A DNA stretch of 64,000 bases, taken from Patescibacteria group bacterium (GTDB lineage: Bacteria > Patescibacteriota > Microgenomatia > UBA8517). Shown here piece by piece: positions 58,499 through 64,000 of the stretch; positions within the stretch are counted from its first letter, which is position 1, and each line of letters opens with the position of its first letter. The stretch spans positions 5,447 to 69,446 of the forward strand of contig JAOAEL010000003.1 in the NCBI GenBank assembly GCA_026416845.1, given 5' to 3'. A program made the position numbers and the translations under genes. The notes beneath the pieces were generated by a model. It searched no databases. It was given only the letters and a program-made list of their open reading frames with translations, and was not told the origin of the DNA.

Positions 58499-59869
58499 AT
58501 GGATAACCAACTAATAACAAGTATTTGGGGAGATGAAGGATTTAGCGCAATTTTGTCAATGAGGCCAATACCAGAAATTTTAAAAATTGTCTCTCAAGAT
58601 ACATCTCCTCCCCTTTGGAATATTTTGCTACATTGCACTTTTCAGCTTTTTGGTACAAGTGAAGTTGTAATAAGAAGTCTATCGTTAATTTTCTACATTC
58701 TGGCAATAATTTTTACATTCAGAATCGGATCGATTTTGTGGAGTAAAAAAACAGGCGCGATTGCCGCTAGTCTTACAGCTCTAAATCCATTTTTCTTTAT
58801 GTACGCGTTTGAAGGTCGCATGTACTCTATTCTCGCGCTTGGAGTAACAGCTTCTATGTACCATTTCTTAAAGATCATCACTCGTGAAAAAGGTGAAATA
58901 ACAAAAACAACAACAAAAATCGGCTATGTTTTTTGGACTCTTTGGGCTTTGTACTCGCATCATTTTGCAACATTTGCACTTGTTGCGCAAGGTTTGTGGT
59001 TTTTATACGAAATCGCTTTGGGAAATCGCAAGAACGGTCGTATCTTATTTAAACTTTTCCTTTTTGTAGGACTCGGCTATATCCCATGGATCTGGCCACT
59101 TTACATGCAAATTACAAAGTTAAGTAGCGGCTTTTGGCTTGGCAAACCCGACTATGAAGATCTGAAAATCTTAATATATGACTACTTGGCGGAAGGAATA
59201 AAGAGCCTTGATTATAAAATTCCACTTCTGAATCTGCCAATTCATAAATTAGCTTTGTACTCCGTTTTTGGCATTTTGCTAACTCGCAAATGGTGGAAGG
59301 GGATCAAAAAAAGTTTGTTTCTTCTTTTATGGTTTTTCGCGCCAATCGCCACTGTTTGGATTATTTCACAATATTTCACATCAATTTTTTACAATCGCTA
59401 TCTTTTATTCACAATACCAAGCGCTATGCTTATACTGGCTTCACTAAGATCAAAATTATCTATAATTCCAATTTCATTAACAATAATTATCTTTGGCATA
59501 ATTGATTTTCATTATTTTGTAAATCCAACAAAAATGCCCTTCCGTGAATATTCAGCTTATGTAAAAAATATTTTAAGCGAGGATGAGAATATCTTTTTAA
59601 TTAATTGGAATTCAAGCGCTCATCATTTATGGGAATCAAAATACTACAAAATTACAGCACCTTTGTACCTGCCAAACGGAAACAATTTGCCTTATTATGT
59701 TGGCACTGCCTTAATGACAGAAGAAGATATAATACGAAAGCTTCCCAACGCTTCAAAAATTGGTGTAATAACGTCTGGAAACCCAGATGAGGTTGTCTTT
59801 GAAGGCTACAAAAAAACTGAAATGAAAAATTTTGAAGGTTTGAAATTTTTGTTGTTTGAGAAAGGATAA
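58499..59869 (+). CDS. GT-C superfamily membrane glycosyltransferase (ArnT/PMT-like)
   Basis: 456 aa, ~11 TM helices, first extracytoplasmic loop with D/E-containing motif (WGDEGFS) typical of GT-C enzymes using polyprenyl-phosphate sugars. Confidence 0.5.
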   Translation: MDNQLITSIWGDEGFSAILSMRPIPEILKIVSQDTSPPLWNILLHCTFQLFGTSEVVIRSLSLIFYILAIIFTFRIGSILWSKKTGAIAASLTALNPFFFMYAFEGRMYSILALGVTASMYHFLKIITREKGEITKTTTKIGYVFWTLWALYSHHFATFALVAQGLWFLYEIALGNRKNGRILFKLFLFVGLGYIPWIWPLYMQITKLSSGFWLGKPDYEDLKILIYDYLAEGIKSLDYKIPLLNLPIHKLALYSVFGILLTRKWWKGIKKSLFLLLWFFAPIATVWIISQYFTSIFYNRYLLFTIPSAMLILASLRSKLSIIPISLTIIIFGIIDFHYFVNPTKMPFREYSAYVKNILSEDENIFLINWNSSAHHLWESKYYKITAPLYLPNGNNLPYYVGTALMTEEDIIRKLPNASKIGVITSGNPDEVVFEGYKKTEMKNFEGLKFLLFEKG

Positions 59870-59956
59870 AAATTATTTACTCCGTACAAATAAGCATACT
59901 ATACTTAACCAATACATTAACAGAATGTTAGCAAATAACTCAAAAAGCAATTTATT

Positions 59957-61399
59957 ATGCCAAAATGGCTATTCTTACTTTTAATTGCAGTTCTTTTGAT
60001 TAGAATACCAACTTTTTTTGAACCATATTCTTATGGGGATGAGATGATATACCTCACAATAGGTGAAGGAATCAGGCAAGGACTAACTCTTTACAAAGAT
60101 CTGCACGACAACAAACCACCACTTATTTATTTTACCGCCGCAATTGCGCAAAGCTTATTTTGGTTTAAAGCAATTCTTGCCTTGTGGAATTTGGTGACAA
60201 TTTTTTTGTTCTGGAAATTAACTGAAAAATTTTTCAACGAAACAAAAAAAGCAAGACTGGTGGCAACTTCAATTTTTGCAATTTTGACAAATATTCCCCT
60301 CTTGGAAGGAAATATAGCAAACGCCGAAATTTTTATGATTGGATTTACAATTATCTCTCTCTTATTTCTGTTTAAAAAAAATGCGAGTTTCAACGACTTT
60401 TTTATAAGCGGGATTTTTTTATCCATTGCAGGACTTTACAAAATTCCCGCCTTACTTGATTCTTTGGCAATTTTAATGCTTTTTGCTTACAAATCAAAAA
60501 CAGATCAAATCAAACTCATAAATCTAATAAAAAACCTAACCCACTTTGTCGCTGGACTTTCTGTCCCGATAATCTTTACTCTTGTCTGGTATTCGTCCAA
60601 GGGTGTTTTAAATGAATATGTTTCAGCAACAATAATCCAAAATTTCGATTATTTGTCATCTTGGAGGCCGGATGATGTTCAAAAATCATTTTTCATTAGA
60701 AACTATCCCCTTTTTGTGCGCTTTTTAATTTTAGCAGTGGTGTTTGCAATCATCTTTGTAAAAAGAAGAGAAATTGATAAAAATTTCGCATTTGCCACTG
60801 CGTGGTTGCTTACATCCACTTTCGCGGTAACATTATCCGAAAGACCATACCCTCATTATCTGATTCAATCTGTACCCGGAATTTCTATAATGTTGTCCTA
60901 TTTCTTAACCAATAAATCAAAATTCCAAGTATATGCTTTATTCCCCCTGTTTATAGTAATTGCTGTTCCTTTTTATTACAAATTCTGGTACTACGAGCCA
61001 ATTTCATATTATAAATCGTTTATATCATTCGCGTTAGGCAACTATACAAAAGAGGAATACTTTCAAACTTTCGGAGAAAACATCAATAGAAACTACAAAA
61101 TAGCAAAATACATAAACAATAATTCCCATCGCTATAACAACATTTTTGTATGGGACGACTCTCCATCTTTATACGCCCTTACCAGAAGACTTCCCACAAT
61201 CAAATACGTGGCAGGATACCACATTAATGAATTTGCAAACAAAAAGGATATTATTGATCAAATGCAAAAAAAACCGCCAGAGTATGTGGTAGTCATTCCT
61301 AATTCGGAACAATTTAATGAACTGGAAATTTTTTTACAGGAAAGATATGCTTTTGCTTTACAAATTGATGAAGCTAAAATCTGGAAAAGGCTTTATTGA
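59957..61399 (+). CDS. GT-C superfamily membrane glycosyltransferase (ArnT/PMT-like), paralog
   Basis: 480 aa, polytopic. First-loop acidic motif (YSYGDEMIY). Same architecture as 58499-59869 and 187-1854. Confidence 0.5.
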   Translation: MPKWLFLLLIAVLLIRIPTFFEPYSYGDEMIYLTIGEGIRQGLTLYKDLHDNKPPLIYFTAAIAQSLFWFKAILALWNLVTIFLFWKLTEKFFNETKKARLVATSIFAILTNIPLLEGNIANAEIFMIGFTIISLLFLFKKNASFNDFFISGIFLSIAGLYKIPALLDSLAILMLFAYKSKTDQIKLINLIKNLTHFVAGLSVPIIFTLVWYSSKGVLNEYVSATIIQNFDYLSSWRPDDVQKSFFIRNYPLFVRFLILAVVFAIIFVKRREIDKNFAFATAWLLTSTFAVTLSERPYPHYLIQSVPGISIMLSYFLTNKSKFQVYALFPLFIVIAVPFYYKFWYYEPISYYKSFISFALGNYTKEEYFQTFGENINRNYKIAKYINNNSHRYNNIFVWDDSPSLYALTRRLPTIKYVAGYHINEFANKKDIIDQMQKKPPEYVVVIPNSEQFNELEIFLQERYAFALQIDEAKIWKRLY

Positions 61400-61464
61400 T
61401 GCCTAATTAATTTCTTATAATTTTAAGCCTGATTCTTCTTAAATAAACAAAGTATAATGCTTCC

Positions 61465-61827
61465 ATGCATACTGAAAAAAACTTGATCTCGGAAACCAAA
61501 TCCTTGCCTTTAATCAAACTTGTTTTTCTGGCTTTAATTATAAATATTGCAACAATAATTCTAATTGTCCTCGTAAAAGAAAACATGCCACCTGAGATTC
61601 CTCTTTTTTACGGCAAAACAGAAGGTTCAGAACAACTTGCTCCGTTAAACTACATTTATATTCCTCCTGTTATGTCTATTTTAATACTATTTATTAATGT
61701 CGGATGTTCTATCTTTGTAAAAGATAAATTTATAAAAAATTCACTGTCTGTGGTGTCTTTTATTTGTAGTTTATTCACAACTATTGCGGTAATCAAAATA
61801 ATAAACCTTGTCGGATCAATATTGTGA
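61465..61827 (+). CDS. Small membrane protein, DUF1648-like
   Basis: 120 aa, 3-4 TM. MPPEIPLFYGKTEGSEQ matches the lP..iP.Hfn..Ge.d start of DUF1648. Confidence 0.35.
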   Translation: MHTEKNLISETKSLPLIKLVFLALIINIATIILIVLVKENMPPEIPLFYGKTEGSEQLAPLNYIYIPPVMSILILFINVGCSIFVKDKFIKNSLSVVSFICSLFTTIAVIKIINLVGSIL

Positions 61828-61830
61828 AAA

Positions 61831-62904
61831 ATGTTTGAGAATATACCGAATTTAAACAACGTGGCGATTGCGGCGATTACCGCTTTAACAATTAGTTTGC
61901 TTTCAACTCCATTTGTAATATTTTTATCTGAAAAATTTGGTCTGATAGACGATCCCGCTACAAATAAACATCCAAAAGTAATCCATACTTATCCGGTACC
62001 TCGCGCTGGGGGACTAGCAATATACTTAGGAGTTCTTTTTGCGTCCTTGCTTTTTCTACCACTAGACAAACATTTGCTTGCAATATTGCTTGGGGCAAGC
62101 ATTATCACAATATTAGGACTGTTGGATGACAAATATAATATAAATCCGTACATTAGAATGGTCGCTTTACTTGTAATAAGCTTTATCCCTGTTGCTTCAG
62201 GAATAGGAATTTCTTATTTCACAAATCCTTTAGGTGGAACAATAGATCTTTCCAACTATCAAATCAGTTTTAATCTATTTGGAAATAGTCATAACATTTG
62301 GATAATCGCCGACATTTTCGCAATTTGCTGGATATTTTTTTTGATGAATATAATTAACATGGGTGCAAAAGGCGTAGACGGGCAACTCCCCGGTGTTTCC
62401 ACAATTGCAGCAATATTCATCGCAGTTTTATCATTTAGATACTCCGCTGATATAACACAATGGCCTGTAATAGTACTCGCTTCCATCACTGCTGGCGCTT
62501 TCTTAGGTTTTTTACCTTGGAACTTTTATCCGCAAAAAATTATGCCAGGCTATTCTGGATCAACACTTGCAGGATACTTGCTTTCAGTACTTTCAATTTT
62601 GTCAACCACAAAAGTTGGAACTCTTTTTGTTCTGCTTAGCATACCAATCATCGATACATTATACACAATAATAAGAAGAATAATTTCAGGTAAATCCCCC
62701 GTATGGGGAGACAAAGGACACCTGCACCACAGACTCCTCGAATCCGGACTTTCCAAAAGAATGGTAGCAATTTTTTATTGGTTAGGCGCTTTTGTACTTG
62801 GAATCTTTGCAATTTCGTTGAATGCTCAATTTAAGTTATATACTATATTTATAGTTGCAATATTTGTGGGATTTTTACTGCTTACACTTAAAAAATCAAA
62901 ATGA
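61831..62904 (+). CDS. Polyprenyl-phosphate N-acetylhexosamine-1-phosphate transferase (WecA/MraY GT4 family)
   Basis: Polytopic. DDxxN-like loop (GLLDDKYNINP), NMGAKGVDG (NxxNxxDGIDGL-like) and VL..P.IDTL motifs of the MraY/WecA family. 357 aa fits WecA better than MraY. Confidence 0.7.
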   Translation: MFENIPNLNNVAIAAITALTISLLSTPFVIFLSEKFGLIDDPATNKHPKVIHTYPVPRAGGLAIYLGVLFASLLFLPLDKHLLAILLGASIITILGLLDDKYNINPYIRMVALLVISFIPVASGIGISYFTNPLGGTIDLSNYQISFNLFGNSHNIWIIADIFAICWIFFLMNIINMGAKGVDGQLPGVSTIAAIFIAVLSFRYSADITQWPVIVLASITAGAFLGFLPWNFYPQKIMPGYSGSTLAGYLLSVLSILSTTKVGTLFVLLSIPIIDTLYTIIRRIISGKSPVWGDKGHLHHRLLESGLSKRMVAIFYWLGAFVLGIFAISLNAQFKLYTIFIVAIFVGFLLLTLKKSK

Positions 62905-63836
62905 GCATAAAAATAATTTTTTACCTCATAAAAGCCTTTCGACCAGTACATTGGATCAAAAATCTTTCTATTTTTGCAGCACTTTTGTTTTCTCCTCATC
63001 TACTTTCAATTAAAAGCTTTGAGCTCTTAGTCAATGCTTTTTTTGCTTTTTGTTTGGCAACTTCAGCAACCTATATTTTCAACGATATCATCGACGCTCC
63101 ATATGATCATGCGCATCCAATCAAAAAACATAGACCTATCGCATCAGGAAAAATTTCAATACGTCTTGCCGCTATGACCGCTTTAATATTGATAGGAATT
63201 TCAACTTTTATCGCTTCATTCATAAATAATCCCATTTTTTCAATTTTACTTTATATTTATCTTTCCTTGCAATTTTTGTACACAATTTGGCTAAAGAACA
63301 TTTCTGTAATAGATATTTTGACAATAGCATCAGGATTTGTATTAAGAGTTTACGCGGGAGCTTTTGTAATTGACGCTCACTTGTCTGTTTGGTTCATGTT
63401 GTGTGTTATTTCAGTAGCCCTTTTTTTAGCGTCAGGAAAAAGAAGAGCAGAAATTGGAATTATTCAAAAAGCAAACGTCACACGCAAAAGTCTATCAAAT
63501 TACTCAAAACCCTTACTCAATTCATATGTGACTATGTTTGGAAACGCCGCGTGGATGAGTTGGGCTCTTTATACATTTTACGAATCACCTCAAGTAACAA
63601 ACGACATCTGGGTACTGTTGTCAGAAATATCAAGAACAACAACAATAAGCAAACTTTTAATGATAACAATTCCAGTGGCTATCTTTGGGATCATGAGATA
63701 TCAAAGTTTAATATTTCAAAACAAAACCGAAGCTCCTGAAAAACTTTTGCTTACGGATAAAAGCTTAGTAATCTCAAGTTTATTGTGGGTTGGACTTGTA
63801 ATAATAATTTTATACGCTGGTATTGCGGAACATTAA
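62901..63836 (+). CDS. UbiA-family prenyltransferase, decaprenyl-phosphate phosphoribosyltransferase (DPPR synthase)-like
   Basis: NDIIDAPYDHAHPIKKHRPIASGKIS carries the first UbiA Asp-rich motif (NDxxDxxxD) followed by the KxxRP segment typical of the DPPR-synthase subgroup. 8-9 TM. Start overlaps the stop of the WecA-like gene (ATGA). Confidence 0.65.
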   Translation: MSIKIIFYLIKAFRPVHWIKNLSIFAALLFSPHLLSIKSFELLVNAFFAFCLATSATYIFNDIIDAPYDHAHPIKKHRPIASGKISIRLAAMTALILIGISTFIASFINNPIFSILLYIYLSLQFLYTIWLKNISVIDILTIASGFVLRVYAGAFVIDAHLSVWFMLCVISVALFLASGKRRAEIGIIQKANVTRKSLSNYSKPLLNSYVTMFGNAAWMSWALYTFYESPQVTNDIWVLLSEISRTTTISKLLMITIPVAIFGIMRYQSLIFQNKTEAPEKLLLTDKSLVISSLLWVGLVIIILYAGIAEH

Positions 63837-64000
63837 AACAATTTATTTACAACCATACTCAATAAGAATTATTGTTTTTAAGTGCTTTTTTTAATTAAAA
63901 AATCAATACAAATAACAATTTTGCGTAATTTAATTTTTTAAAATTATAAACAAAGCAAATCAAATATGAAATGTGAAGACATCTAATAACTATTATTCCT

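Overview
Low-GC (roughly one-third GC), compact, gene-dense window with most genes on the minus strand. The gene content fits a reduced-genome bacterium of the CPR/Patescibacteria type; this is an inference from gene repertoire, not a database hit. Three tRNAs are present, all on the minus strand: Arg-CCG, Ser-GCU, and one with an unusual UAU anticodon. Recognisable blocks are listed below.
- **Sugar-phosphate metabolism island (24.4-43.4 kb):** 2-hydroxyacid dehydrogenase, two PfkB kinases, a eukaryotic-type class I FBP aldolase, a transketolase split into N and C subunits, RPE, a LOG-family protein, GAPDH, a short PGK, RpiB and an archaeal-type TIM.
- **B12-dependent dNTP module:** PduO-type adenosyltransferase, class II-like RNR, and NrdR with a candidate NrdR box.
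- **Cell-wall genes:** PBP1A and a class-A beta-lactamase-like serine hydrolase.
- **Envelope-glycan cluster (50-64 kb):** secreted GH-A-like hydrolase with a (TP)n linker, processive GT2, an RDD protein, a dockerin-bearing paralog, two GT-C enzymes, a WecA/MraY-like transferase and a UbiA/DPPR-synthase-like prenyltransferase.

The main hunt results are:
1. An AsnB-like amidotransferase homolog lacking the N-terminal catalytic Cys, translationally coupled to a ~96-aa PqqD-like RRE-type protein. This is a lasso-peptide-like RiPP core with no leader peptidase or precursor visible. It sits beside a tRNA with anticodon UAU and a TraD/VirD4-like membrane ATPase.
2. A decayed restriction-modification islet at the 3' flank of tRNA-Ser: a frameshifted, internally deleted Dcm-type methyltransferase, a truncated C-protein-like HTH, and a candidate nuclease.
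3. A dockerin-carrying but N-terminally truncated paralog of the secreted GH-A-like enzyme, lying in a decayed zone inside the glycan cluster.
4. A 917-aa transglutaminase-like cysteine-protease-core protein with C-terminal TPR repeats.

All functional calls rest on motifs read by eye. No searches or computations were run.
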